Shown here: positions 35,458 to 44,750 of the stretch, piece by piece | Layout of the letters: each line of letters opens with the position of its first letter | How positions within the stretch are numbered: position 1 is the first letter of the stretch | Assembly: GCA_001780725.1 (NCBI GenBank) | Contig: MFIM01000009.1 | Coordinates: 656 to 64,655 of the forward strand | Source: Candidatus Giovannonibacteria bacterium RIFCSPLOWO2_02_FULL_45_28 | GTDB lineage: Bacteria > Patescibacteriota > Minisyncoccia > UBA11713 > 2-01-FULL-45-33 | Direction: 5' to 3' | DNA: 64,000 bases | Notes under the pieces: model-generated | What the model was told of the DNA's origin: nothing | What the model saw: only the letters and a program-made list of their open reading frames with translations | The model's database searches: none | Made by a program: the position numbers and the translations under genes

Positions 35458-36555
35458 ATGAGGAAAAATAGATCTTATGATAAAATTTTTTTTGCGCTTT
35501 TCGCATTGCTTCTGATTTTCGGCCTTTTTATATTGGCCTCTGCTTCATTAGGCTTGTCTCAAACCAAATTTGGTTATCCTTATTACTATCTTTTGCATCA
35601 AATTATTTTCGGCGTATTACCAGGAGCCGTTTTGCTTTATTTTGCTTATCGCATCCCTTACAATTTTTGGCGCCGCCGCGCCCTTCTAATTGTGCTCGGC
35701 GGTATTTTTTTGATGTTTTTGGTTTTTGTGCCTTCTTTGGGAATGTATCATGGTGGGGCCCGCCGCTGGATTTCCATAGGCTCATTTTCTTTTCAGCCAG
35801 CGGAGTTTCTTAAATTCGCTTACGTGGTTTATCTTGCCGCTTGGTTGGAATCAAAATCAAAAGCCGTAGGTTCGTTTAAATTCGGACTTTTGCCGTTTTT
35901 AATAATGAGCGCTTTTATCGCGTCTTTTTTGATTTTACAGCCGGATATAGGAACTTTGGGAGTGCTTTTGGCCTCAATAATGGCTATGTTTTTTTTGAGC
36001 GGCGGAAGCTTCAAGCAGCTCGCTTTGCTTTCTTTTATTGGACTGGTTATTATTGGAATACTTGTTTTTTTGGAGCCGTATCGTATGCAGCGCCTGACAG
36101 TTTTTTTAAACCCCAGCCATGATCCGCAGGGCATCGGCTATCAAATTAATCAAGCGCTGATTGCCGCCGGTTCAGGCGGTTTTTGGGGAAGGGGCTTTGG
36201 GCTGTCCCGCCAAAAATTCAGTTATTTGCCGGAGCCGATCGGAGATTCTATATTTGCGGTTGCGGCGGAAGAGCTAGGATTTGTTGGCAGCGCGGTTCTT
36301 TTGGGAGTATTTTTTTTATTTTTCTTGCGCGGCATTTGGGTGACATGGCGCGCTCCTGATTTTTTCGGGAAACTTTTGGGATCTGGTATTTTATTTTTAA
36401 TTATGTTTCAAATTTTAATTAACGTCTCTGCAATCTTGGCCCTTTTGCCACTTACCGGAATACCGCTTCCTTTTGTCAGTTACGGAGGTTCGGCGTTGGC
36501 TGTTAATATGGCGGAAGTCGGCGTGATACTTAATATTTCCAAAACGAGAATATGA
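35458..36555 (+). CDS. ftsW: SEDS-family peptidoglycan glycosyltransferase FtsW/RodA
   Basis: 10-TM protein between mraY and murG with SEDS motifs. Confidence 0.85.
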   Translation: MRKNRSYDKIFFALFALLLIFGLFILASASLGLSQTKFGYPYYYLLHQIIFGVLPGAVLLYFAYRIPYNFWRRRALLIVLGGIFLMFLVFVPSLGMYHGGARRWISIGSFSFQPAEFLKFAYVVYLAAWLESKSKAVGSFKFGLLPFLIMSAFIASFLILQPDIGTLGVLLASIMAMFFLSGGSFKQLALLSFIGLVIIGILVFLEPYRMQRLTVFLNPSHDPQGIGYQINQALIAAGSGGFWGRGFGLSRQKFSYLPEPIGDSIFAVAAEELGFVGSAVLLGVFFLFFLRGIWVTWRAPDFFGKLLGSGILFLIMFQILINVSAILALLPLTGIPLPFVSYGGSALAVNMAEVGVILNISKTRI

Positions 36556-37673
36556 AAATAGTACTTACCGGCGGGGGAACGGGTGGGCACTTTTATCCGA
36601 TTATTGCCGTAGGGCGCGCCCTTAAAAAGGAAGCCGAGGCTGAAAATATTGCCAGGCTTGAAATCTTTTTTGTGTCAGACGATCCGATGGATCTGGATTT
36701 GCTTTTTCGCGAAAATATTAAATTTATAAAAATTCCAGCAGGAAAGATGCGCAGATATTTTTCATTGCGCTATTTCGGCGATACGATAAAAACAATCATA
36801 GGGCTTATCTCGGCTCTTTGGCGGCTTTATCTTTTAATTCCCGATGTGATTTTTGGGAAAGGGGGCTATGCCAGCTTCCCGGCGCTTTTTGTCGCGCGAA
36901 TACTCCGCATACCGGTGATAATCCACGATTCGGATGCCGTGCCCGGACTTGTGAACCAGTGGGCCGGAAAATGGGCGGATCGAATAGCAGTGTCTTTTCC
37001 CGAATCAGCGCGTTATTTTACCGGTAAAAATGTCGCAGTAACTGGAAATCCGATCAGATCGCAAATTGTTGGCGGAAATCTTGAAGAGGCAATTGAGTAT
37101 TTTAAATTGGAAGAAAATTTGCCAACAATTTTGATACTGGGCGGTTCGCAAGGGTCGGAGCGCATCAACGAAACCGCGCTCGCGATACTTGAAGAGGCGG
37201 TAAAAAAATATCAGATTATTCATCAAACCGGAAAGAATCATTTTGCGGATGTTTCCGGGCGGGCAAGGGTTTTGTTGGAAAAAAGCGAGAGTAAAAATCG
37301 CTATCATCCTTGTGGATTTTTGGATGAGGGAGAGCTACGGAATGCTTCGCGGGCCGCGTCAATTGTGGTGGCGCGCGCATCCTCCGGACTTTTTGAAATC
37401 GCAGCTTGGGGCTTGCCGGCAATTTTGATTCCTCTGCCTACGGCCGCTCAAAACCATCAGCGCGAAAACGCTTATACTTACGCAAGATTCGGAGCTTGCG
37501 AGGTGATTGAGGAAACAAACCTTACGCCGCACATTCTTTTGGCTGAAATTGACAAAATTTTAGAGAATCCGGAGCGTGTTAAAAAAATGAAATTTGCAGC
37601 AGCAGGATTTGCGCGTCTTGACGCCGCCGACAAAATCGCAAAAGAAATAATTAAACTAGGGGTTCATGAGTAA
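36552..37673 (+). CDS. murG: UDP-GlcNAc:lipid I N-acetylglucosaminyltransferase MurG
   Basis: LTGGGTGGHFYP at the N-terminus. Confidence 0.9.
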   Translation: MKIVLTGGGTGGHFYPIIAVGRALKKEAEAENIARLEIFFVSDDPMDLDLLFRENIKFIKIPAGKMRRYFSLRYFGDTIKTIIGLISALWRLYLLIPDVIFGKGGYASFPALFVARILRIPVIIHDSDAVPGLVNQWAGKWADRIAVSFPESARYFTGKNVAVTGNPIRSQIVGGNLEEAIEYFKLEENLPTILILGGSQGSERINETALAILEEAVKKYQIIHQTGKNHFADVSGRARVLLEKSESKNRYHPCGFLDEGELRNASRAASIVVARASSGLFEIAAWGLPAILIPLPTAAQNHQRENAYTYARFGACEVIEETNLTPHILLAEIDKILENPERVKKMKFAAAGFARLDAADKIAKEIIKLGVHE

Positions 37674-39027
37674 TAAAACGCGCACAAGATTTGCCCCAAG
37701 CCCGACGGGATTTTTGCATGTCGGGGGGCTTCGCACTGCGCTTTACAATTATCTTTTTGCAAAGCAAAACGGGGGACAGTTTATTTTGCGGATAGAAGAT
37801 ACCGACCGCGCGCGCCTTGCGGAGGGCGCAGAGAAAAATATTATTGAAACACTGCGGATTTTCGGTTTGGATTTTGACGAAGGGCCGATCAGGCAATCAG
37901 AACGTTTGGAGAGATACAAAGAGCGCACCGAAGAGTTGGTAAAGAAAGGCACGGCTTATCCGGATGCGGGCGCCGTTCGTTTCAAAATGGGAAAAGACGG
38001 CGTAACCGAGTTCACCGATATTATCCGCGGCGAGATTCAAATAGAAAATAAAACGCAGGAAGATTTTGTCATTTTAAAATCAGACGGCTACCCGACTTAT
38101 AATCTCGCGCATTTGGTAGACGACCACGATACGGCAATAACGCACGTAATCAGGGGCGACGAATTTATTTCATCAATGCCGAAATATATCGCGCTGCACA
38201 AGGCGTTTGGCTGGGAACTTCCTCAATACGCGCACCTGCCGTTGATTTTGGATAAAAATCGGGCGAAACTTTCCAAAAGGGAGGGGGAGGTGGCGGTTTA
38301 CGATTTTTTGGATAAAGGTTATCTCAAAGAGGCAGTTTTAAATTTCGTCGCGCTTTTAGGTTGGCACCCAAGCAAATCAGACAAAGAGCTTTTTACTTTG
38401 GAAGAACTGATAAAAGAGTTCAAGCTGGAAGATGTCCAGAAAGCCGGAGCTATTTTTGATATTCAAAAACTGGACTGGATGAACGGAGAGTACATTAGAA
38501 AAAAAACGCCGAAAGAGCTGGTTCGGCTAGCGATGCCGTTTTTGGAAAAGGCAAGATTAACTCTCATCCCAACCCCTCCCCCTTACGAAGGGGGAGGGGA
38601 GAGGGGAGGGGGTGGTTCTTCCTTTTTGGAAAAAATAATCGCTTTGGAACAGCCGCGCCTCAAAAAACTCTCGGAACTTCCTGAAAAAATTGATTATTTC
38701 TTTAAAGAACCGGAATATGATGCGGGCATGCTCAAGTGGAAAAAGATGACGAATAACGAAATCAAAAAATCTTTGGAAACTTCAAAAAATATTTTAGAAT
38801 CTCTCAAAGATAAAGATTTCAACAAAGAAAATCTGGAAAAAGTATTTTTAGAAAAAGCTGGAAACTTGTCCGCCGGAAAGGCGGGAGATAGGGGAGAGCT
38901 GCTTTGGCCATTGCGCGCCGCCCTCACTGGCCGCAAAGCCTCCCCCGGCCCGTTTGAAATAATGGAAATTTTGGGGCAAAAAAAATCTATTACGCGTGTT
39001 CAAATAGCTATTGACAAAATAATTTGA
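37666..39027 (+). CDS. gltX: glutamyl-tRNA synthetase
   Basis: FAPSPTGFLHVGG and KLSKR. Contains an in-frame GC-rich palindrome insert encoding PTPPPYEGGGERGGGGS. Confidence 0.9.
   Translation: MSNKTRTRFAPSPTGFLHVGGLRTALYNYLFAKQNGGQFILRIEDTDRARLAEGAEKNIIETLRIFGLDFDEGPIRQSERLERYKERTEELVKKGTAYPDAGAVRFKMGKDGVTEFTDIIRGEIQIENKTQEDFVILKSDGYPTYNLAHLVDDHDTAITHVIRGDEFISSMPKYIALHKAFGWELPQYAHLPLILDKNRAKLSKREGEVAVYDFLDKGYLKEAVLNFVALLGWHPSKSDKELFTLEELIKEFKLEDVQKAGAIFDIQKLDWMNGEYIRKKTPKELVRLAMPFLEKARLTLIPTPPPYEGGGERGGGGSSFLEKIIALEQPRLKKLSELPEKIDYFFKEPEYDAGMLKWKKMTNNEIKKSLETSKNILESLKDKDFNKENLEKVFLEKAGNLSAGKAGDRGELLWPLRAALTGRKASPGPFEIMEILGQKKSITRVQIAIDKII
38573..38599 (+). repeat. GC-rich palindromic micro-element inside gltX (CCCCTCCCCC-ttacgaa-GGGGGAGGGG)
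   Basis: Read directly. Preceded by AACCCCTCCCCC, a motif shared with 32765..32790 and 62744..62760. Confidence 0.6.
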
Positions 39028-39067
39028 ATGGGTATATAATATAAATCAGATACTTAAAGGAGGAAAA

Positions 39068-39250
39068 ATGAAATTCGTGATTTTAGTTGATCAATTGACC
39101 ACCGGGATTAGTTTGCACGGTCCGTATAATACTGAATTGGAAGCCGAGGAGGGACTCAAAAATAAAGGTTTTAAGGAGTTTCTTAACGGGCAATGGGCTG
39201 CTAGAGATGGTGTTAGGGCTTCTGTGTTACCGCTCTGCGCTGCATTTTAA
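39068..39250 (+). CDS. hypothetical small protein (60 aa)
   Basis: Strong AAGGAGG RBS; terminator downstream. Confidence 0.4.
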   Translation: MKFVILVDQLTTGISLHGPYNTELEAEEGLKNKGFKEFLNGQWAARDGVRASVLPLCAAF

Positions 39251-39273
39251 GAAGAAAACAACACTTAGTGTAA

Positions 39274-39305
39274 AGAGGGGTTTCAAGGGCCCCTCTTATT
39301 TTTTA
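39274..39305 (+). terminator. intrinsic terminator
   Basis: AGAGGGG-tttcaaggg-CCCCTCT followed by TATTTTTTA. Confidence 0.55.
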
Positions 39306-39320
39306 TGTTAAAATAGAGCT

Positions 39321-40562
39321 GTGAAGCCGATACTTAAAATCAGTGCTTTTGCGGCACTTTTCGTGCTTATTTTGTCTTTGCCCGCTAAAGCCGCGCCAGA
39401 AGATTTAAAACAGCAAATTGAAGCGAAAAGCCAGGAGATTCAGAAACTGGAAGAGGAAATCAAACAATATCAGGAAAGCATTGATGAGGCCGAGTTCGCC
39501 GCAAAAACTTTGAGCGGAGAAATTAAAAGATTGGATACGGAGATCAAAAAATTAAACGCCCAAATCTCACTTACTCAAAAGAAAATCGCCAAAAAAGAGT
39601 TGGAAATTAAAGAGCTCGGAGAAAATATCACTGGCACTCAAGGCTCAATCAAAAATCGTCAGGAAATGCTCGCAAAAATTTTAGAGGGATTAAACAAAGC
39701 GGAAAGTGACGGCATGCTGGAAACATTTTTGAAATACAGCGCGTTATCGGATTTTTTTGACGAGCTTGAAAGAATACGCACCCTCAATATCGGGATTCGG
39801 CAAAACCACGAGGAATTAAAGACGCTAAAGGCCAATTTGGAAGACCGGAAACAAAAAGCGGAGGCGGCACGTCGTGATCTTAAAAATCTGCAAGCAGATC
39901 TTTTAGCGCAGCGCGAAATTCAAAAAGACGCGAGAGCGGAAAAAAACAGCTTGCTTTCAGCGACAAAAAATCAGGAAGCGGCTTATCAAAAGTTGCTTAA
40001 AGAACGCGAACAAAAGCGCGCCCAAATTTATGAAGAGATCCGTAAGATTGAGGATGAACTGAAAAAACAAATAGATTTCGGAACTCTGCCCTCCTTCGGC
40101 AAAGGCATTTTGCTTTTACCTATTGATGGGGGAGTGTTAACCCAAGGATTCGGCAACACTTCTTTCGCAAGTTACACCGACGTATATGCGAACGGATTTC
40201 ATAACGGCGTTGATTTCAAGGCCAGCATCGGCACGCCAGTGCGCGCCGCAGATGGTGGGGTCGTTAAAGCAACCGGCAACTCGGATCTTCTTTGTCCGCG
40301 CGGATCTTACGGTAAATGGGTGCTTATTGAACACCCGAACAATCTGGCTACGCTTTACGCGCACTTTTCTTTAATTCGGGTGAGTCCGCGGCAGACTGTC
40401 GGCAGAGGTGATATAATTGGTTATAGTGGCAATACCGGCTATGTAACCGGTCCGCACCTTCATTTTACGGTATACGACGCGCGAACCGTACAATTGCGAC
40501 CAAGCCGTATCTGCGGAGTTTTACCTTATGGAGGGTATCTTAATCCGTTAAACTACTTATAA
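39321..40562 (+). CDS. secreted coiled-coil M23 (LytM-domain) peptidoglycan endopeptidase, EnvC-like
   Basis: Signal peptide and long coiled coil. C-terminal GFHNGVDF..YAHFS..GYSGNTGYVTGPHLHF is the M23 HxxxD/HxH pattern. Confidence 0.8.
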   Translation: MKPILKISAFAALFVLILSLPAKAAPEDLKQQIEAKSQEIQKLEEEIKQYQESIDEAEFAAKTLSGEIKRLDTEIKKLNAQISLTQKKIAKKELEIKELGENITGTQGSIKNRQEMLAKILEGLNKAESDGMLETFLKYSALSDFFDELERIRTLNIGIRQNHEELKTLKANLEDRKQKAEAARRDLKNLQADLLAQREIQKDARAEKNSLLSATKNQEAAYQKLLKEREQKRAQIYEEIRKIEDELKKQIDFGTLPSFGKGILLLPIDGGVLTQGFGNTSFASYTDVYANGFHNGVDFKASIGTPVRAADGGVVKATGNSDLLCPRGSYGKWVLIEHPNNLATLYAHFSLIRVSPRQTVGRGDIIGYSGNTGYVTGPHLHFTVYDARTVQLRPSRICGVLPYGGYLNPLNYL

Positions 40563-40563
40563 A

Positions 40564-40821
40564 ATGCGAAATAAAGGCTTTATACAAATTATAATAATAG
40601 GAGCGCTCTTGGTGATTATTTTGAGCCTTTTGGGTGTATCTTTAAGCTCGCTTTTCTCCAACCCGATTCTTAAAGAAAACTTCGGTTTTTTGGGCAAATG
40701 GCTCGCGAAACTGTGGAATAGCTATTTATCCGCGCCATTCCAGTATCTCTGGAGCATTTGGGTTGATCTTATTTGGGAGCCGTTTTTAGACATCCTCAAA
40801 GGGTTAATAAAGAAGAGGTAA
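40564..40821 (+). CDS. small hypothetical membrane protein
   Basis: One TM; Trp-rich C-terminus. Confidence 0.35.
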   Translation: MRNKGFIQIIIIGALLVIILSLLGVSLSSLFSNPILKENFGFLGKWLAKLWNSYLSAPFQYLWSIWVDLIWEPFLDILKGLIKKR

Positions 40822-40824
40822 ACA

Positions 40825-40858
40825 AAAACGTCGTAAAAGGTATAATGGACGACGTTTT
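40825..40858 (+). terminator. terminator-like hairpin
   Basis: AAAACGTCGT..14-nt loop..ACGACGTTTT. Confidence 0.35.
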
Positions 40859-40958
40859 ATATACGCTCGTTTATTCATGTGCTCTCCCCCTTAAGCCGTT
40901 CCAATGTTAGCACAATAATCCTTTTGCCTAATTATTGAGAAGGATTTATAGTTAGATT

Positions 40959-41777
40959 ATGGAAGAAAAACAGCAACAAGCATTATTGCCCAGCTTTGAA
41001 GATTTCAAGCACGAAAATGGCATTGCTTTTTGGTGGGCAAGCGAATTTATGACAATGCTCGGCTACGATGACTACGATTCTTTTAAGAGTAAAGTTGTTG
41101 GTCGGGCCACACAAGCACTTATATCGCTTGGCGTTGATCACTACTCCCAAATAACTCCAGCAAAACGAAAGGTTGGTAGTAATGATGTTGATGATCTAAA
41201 ATTATCAAGGTTTGCTTGCTACATTGTAGCAATGAATGGCAACCCACAGAAAAAAGAGGTTGCACTTGCGCAAGCATATTTTGCCGCAGAAACCCGCAAA
41301 CTAGAACTTTTTTTAGAAGGAAACGAGGATATAGCTCGCTTAATTTATCGAGAAGAATTTACGGCTGGTCAAAAATCTTTAATGGATACTGCCCAAAAAG
41401 CAGGGGTAGAAAATTATGCAGAATTTAATAACGCCGGCTATATAGGTTTGTATAATAAAACCGCTGAACAACTTAAAAGGCAGCGTAATTTACCACAATC
41501 GGATGCAACACGTATACAGGATTACATGGGGAGAACCGAGCTTGCTGCTAACTTGTTTAGGGTTACCCAGACCGAGGAACGTTTAAAACAAGATGAGGTA
41601 AAAACCCAACAAAACGCAAATAAGACGCACCGTAATATTGGTAGACGCATTAGACAAATGGTGGAAGAAAACACAGGAAAATTACCAGAACAATTACCAG
41701 TCCAAAGAAAACTTCCTGAAGTAAAAAAGGAGCTTAAAAAAGCCAAAAAGGCGCTTGAAAAGATTGATAAAAAATAA
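40959..41777 (+). CDS. dinD: DinD-like DNA-damage-inducible protein
   Basis: Collinear similarity (recalled, not searched) to E. coli DinD: LSRFACYIVAMNGNP, MGRTELAANLFRVTQTEERLKQD, QQNANKTH..GRRIRQ. Confidence 0.65.
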   Translation: MEEKQQQALLPSFEDFKHENGIAFWWASEFMTMLGYDDYDSFKSKVVGRATQALISLGVDHYSQITPAKRKVGSNDVDDLKLSRFACYIVAMNGNPQKKEVALAQAYFAAETRKLELFLEGNEDIARLIYREEFTAGQKSLMDTAQKAGVENYAEFNNAGYIGLYNKTAEQLKRQRNLPQSDATRIQDYMGRTELAANLFRVTQTEERLKQDEVKTQQNANKTHRNIGRRIRQMVEENTGKLPEQLPVQRKLPEVKKELKKAKKALEKIDKK

Positions 41778-41877
41778 ATAGAGGCTTCTTTGCTGCTTGT
41801 AGTTAAAACCCACTTATTAAAAATGGTTTTTAATTTTTAGTTAAAACTTTATGGATAGGTTGGAAATATTTTAAAAT

Positions 41878-42489
41878 ATGGCATGGACTAAGAACAAAAT
41901 AAAAGATGGATTTGATAAGTTTTATCAAGAACATGGCCGATATCCTACTGCACTAGAAATTGATGAGTATGCCGATCTTCCTTCTTCTCGCCAGATTCAG
42001 CGTCGTTTTGGCGGGTTACCAAAGTTACGGCAAGAATTGGGATTAGAAACTCTCGATTTTACAAAAGGCAGCATTCGCTCGCAAAAAGCTCAATATATTG
42101 GAAAACGCGGTCTAGATTTTGAAAAAGAAATCAGGAAAGTTTTATTGGAGAAGTTTGGAGAAGTATTTGTACATGAGCAGAAGCCCTTTAATGATTACGT
42201 TGGCAGACTAGATTTTTTTGTCTACGCAAAAAATAACAAGTTCGGCATAGATGTATTTTTTGCGAGCGACATACACAGTTTAATGGGATGCATCAACTAT
42301 AAACAAAGGTTGTATAAGAATTTTACTGATGGACTTATTTTACTTCAGCTTAATCCAGAGATAGATCAACGAATCATAGATCAATGTCTGTCTAATAAGA
42401 AAAACGCTCTTCCATCTAATATTGCTGTTCTATCTTTGGATAAATTTTTAGAATTCTTAAAAACTATACAACCATTACATGTTTTATAA
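41878..42489 (+). CDS. hypothetical protein (possible PD-(D/E)xK-like nuclease fold)
   Basis: HEQK and GRLDFFVY..GIDVF patterns. Weak inference. Confidence 0.35.
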   Translation: MAWTKNKIKDGFDKFYQEHGRYPTALEIDEYADLPSSRQIQRRFGGLPKLRQELGLETLDFTKGSIRSQKAQYIGKRGLDFEKEIRKVLLEKFGEVFVHEQKPFNDYVGRLDFFVYAKNNKFGIDVFFASDIHSLMGCINYKQRLYKNFTDGLILLQLNPEIDQRIIDQCLSNKKNALPSNIAVLSLDKFLEFLKTIQPLHVL

Positions 42490-42684
42490 CATATTCTGCT
42501 TTGCTTTTAATACAAATTTTTTGCAAGGACAATTCTCATCACACCAGCCACCAATGGGAATATGGTTGCCGTCAGTAAATCTTTTTAATTTTGGATGGTG
42601 GCTACGAAAATGGTTACATTCACATAAATCAGATTGCGACCACTGGCCCTTAGGATGTTCCTGCTCCCCATTTTTATTTTCCAT
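42484..42684 (-). CDS. possible Cys/His-rich small protein
   Basis: CxC..HxxxHH..C..CxC spacing; 66 aa. Overlaps an equally plausible + ORF; weak RBS. Confidence 0.2.
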   Translation of the reverse strand: MENKNGEQEHPKGQWSQSDLCECNHFRSHHPKLKRFTDGNHIPIGGWCDENCPCKKFVLKAKQNML

Positions 42685-42762
42685 GTTTTTCTAGCATGAC
42701 ACATATATGCAACCCATGCAAATCATTGCCTTTTTACACCACCCTGCTAATATGGGGTCAAT

Positions 42763-43035
42763 ATGGCACATACAAAAGCTGGGGGGTCTACGCAGAACCT
42801 CCGCGATTCACAACCGAAATATTTAGGAGTAAAGCTTTATGCCGGCGAGAAAGCCAAGCCGGGTGCTATTTTGGTGCGCCAGCGCGGCACCAAATTTATC
42901 CCCGGGAATGGCGCGCGCATCGGAAAAGACGACACTATTTATGCCGTCCGCGAAGGCGTTGTTAAATTTGAGACAAAAAGAAAAATCCGTTTTGACGGCT
43001 CTAAGAGCTCGCTTCACAAAGTATCTGTAGTGTAA
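42763..43035 (+). CDS. rpmA: ribosomal protein L27
   Basis: [32 protein letters not shown]. Confidence 0.9.
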   Translation: MAHTKAGGSTQNLRDSQPKYLGVKLYAGEKAKPGAILVRQRGTKFIPGNGARIGKDDTIYAVREGVVKFETKRKIRFDGSKSSLHKVSVV

Positions 43036-43456
43036 TTTCTTCTGTCCCAAGAACAATCTTTGCTTCGTGTTTGCCTGTTGTTTTAATCGGCGTATCAAAT
43101 TTAACCATATCCTCATTTAAATTGACCGGAAGCGGAAATCCGAGAGTTTTTAGCCCGTCCAGAATATCTTTCGCCGATACCGCTGCATACAATTTTCCGT
43201 TCTTGTACGTTTTTTTCTTAATCACTATCCCCCGTTCCGCGATGGCAGCTTTTAAATTATGGAATTCTTCATGTGCGCGCTCACGCTGCACCTTTTTGCT
43301 CTGCTGTTCGGCTGTGCTTTTTTTAAGATTGGCCTCTGTCGCTGGCGCCGCCAAATTTTGCAAAATCAAAAAATTCCGCGCATAACCATCCGAAACGTCT
43401 TTAACCTCTCCCCTATGTCCGAGCTTGACAACGTCTTTTAATAAAATAATTTTCAT
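43001..43456 (-). CDS. rplI: ribosomal protein L9
   Basis: [31 protein letters not shown]. Convergent 35-nt overlap with rpmA. Confidence 0.85.
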   Translation of the reverse strand: MKIILLKDVVKLGHRGEVKDVSDGYARNFLILQNLAAPATEANLKKSTAEQQSKKVQRERAHEEFHNLKAAIAERGIVIKKKTYKNGKLYAAVSAKDILDGLKTLGFPLPVNLNEDMVKFDTPIKTTGKHEAKIVLGTEEITLQILCEASS

Positions 43457-44706
43457 TTTAATATCTCAATCGCTTTTTCCATTACCGGATCTCTGCCGGC
43501 TTCTATATCTTCCTTGGTTGGTTTGATTTCAATATCCGGCTCAAGCCCCCCTTCCGAGAGCGCCTGCCCTTTCGGTGTCAGCCATTTTGCAACCGTAACT
43601 TTTATTGAGGTGTCTGCGGTCAGCGGCAAAAATTCCTGCACCGATCCCTTGCCGAAAGTTTTTTCCCCTATTAATTTTGCTTTGCCGTAGTCCCGCAAAG
43701 CTCCGGCCAAAATTTCCGAAGCCGAGGCAGAACCCTGATTTACCAAAATTACGATCGGCGTGTCGCCAAAAACATTGTACCCCTTGCTTCGGTGGAGCAT
43801 ATCGCTTGTTTTTTTGCCAAAATCTTCTTTAACCACAACTTCTCCTTGCGGCAAAAACCAGCTCGCTATATCCACGGCGGCTTCCAGAAATCCGCCCGGG
43901 TTGTTTCTTAAATCAATAATCAGCTTGCTTTTATTTTTTTCAACCATTTCGCGCAGGGCGTTTCTAAAACCATTCGGCGATCCCTCCGAAAAATTATAAA
44001 GCCTGATAACAAAAATATCCCCCAAATCTTTTTCCGTTTTTTTCCCGTCCTTTTCCGACACAATCTGTTTTGTCTCCGTACCAATCACCGGTATTTTGAT
44101 AACTCCGCGTTCTATTTCTAAGACGCGGCTTTCGTCTTCGCCGTTTCGCAAGATTGTGAGTTTTACTTTTGTGCCTTTTTGCCCGCGGATTTTACGCACA
44201 GCCTGCTCAATGGTCATGTCCGACGTTATTTCTTCGTTTATTTTAAGAATTTTGTCCCCGGCCCGAATTCCTGCCAAATCCGCCGGCGTTCCCTTAAGTG
44301 GCGCCACTACGGTCAGTATGTCTTTTCTGATTCCTATTTCCATTCCAACGCCCTCAAATTCACCTTTAATTTCGCTTTGGAAAATCTTGGTTTCCTCCGG
44401 CGGAAAAAATACTGTATAAGGATCGCCAAATGATTTTATCATTCCTGCAATTGCGCCGTAGAGCATATCTTGCCGCTTTACTTTGTCTATATCCACATAT
44501 TTGCCCTCCGCAATATTCCATGCATGCCAAAATTGCGAAAAATCAATTTCCTCGCGGTTAGTGCCGATTTGCGGATTTGCACTTAAAATCCCGGCGATTT
44601 TGCTTTCAGCCGGCGTTTTAATGCCAAGATAAAAGCCTAGGGCGAAAACAACCGCCAGCGCTATTATTGCAGTCAAAAACTCGCCAAGTTTCTTAATTTG
44701 CGCCAT
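43453..44706 (-). CDS. ctpA: carboxyl-terminal processing protease (peptidase S41) with PDZ domain
   Basis: N-terminal TM; PDZ ([12 protein letters not shown]); S41 core ([17 protein letters not shown]). Confidence 0.85.
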   Translation of the reverse strand: MAQIKKLGEFLTAIIALAVVFALGFYLGIKTPAESKIAGILSANPQIGTNREEIDFSQFWHAWNIAEGKYVDIDKVKRQDMLYGAIAGMIKSFGDPYTVFFPPEETKIFQSEIKGEFEGVGMEIGIRKDILTVVAPLKGTPADLAGIRAGDKILKINEEITSDMTIEQAVRKIRGQKGTKVKLTILRNGEDESRVLEIERGVIKIPVIGTETKQIVSEKDGKKTEKDLGDIFVIRLYNFSEGSPNGFRNALREMVEKNKSKLIIDLRNNPGGFLEAAVDIASWFLPQGEVVVKEDFGKKTSDMLHRSKGYNVFGDTPIVILVNQGSASASEILAGALRDYGKAKLIGEKTFGKGSVQEFLPLTADTSIKVTVAKWLTPKGQALSEGGLEPDIEIKPTKEDIEAGRDPVMEKAIEILK

Positions 44707-44750
44707 ATCCGCCTATTATCTCAAATTTTTTTTTGTAGTACAATAGACAA

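Noticed and set aside
42479-42694. + strand 71-aa ORF overlapping the minus-strand Cys-rich ORF
   Set aside because: Cannot be decided from sequence alone. The minus-strand reading has metal-ligand spacing, so it was listed at low confidence and the plus one dropped.
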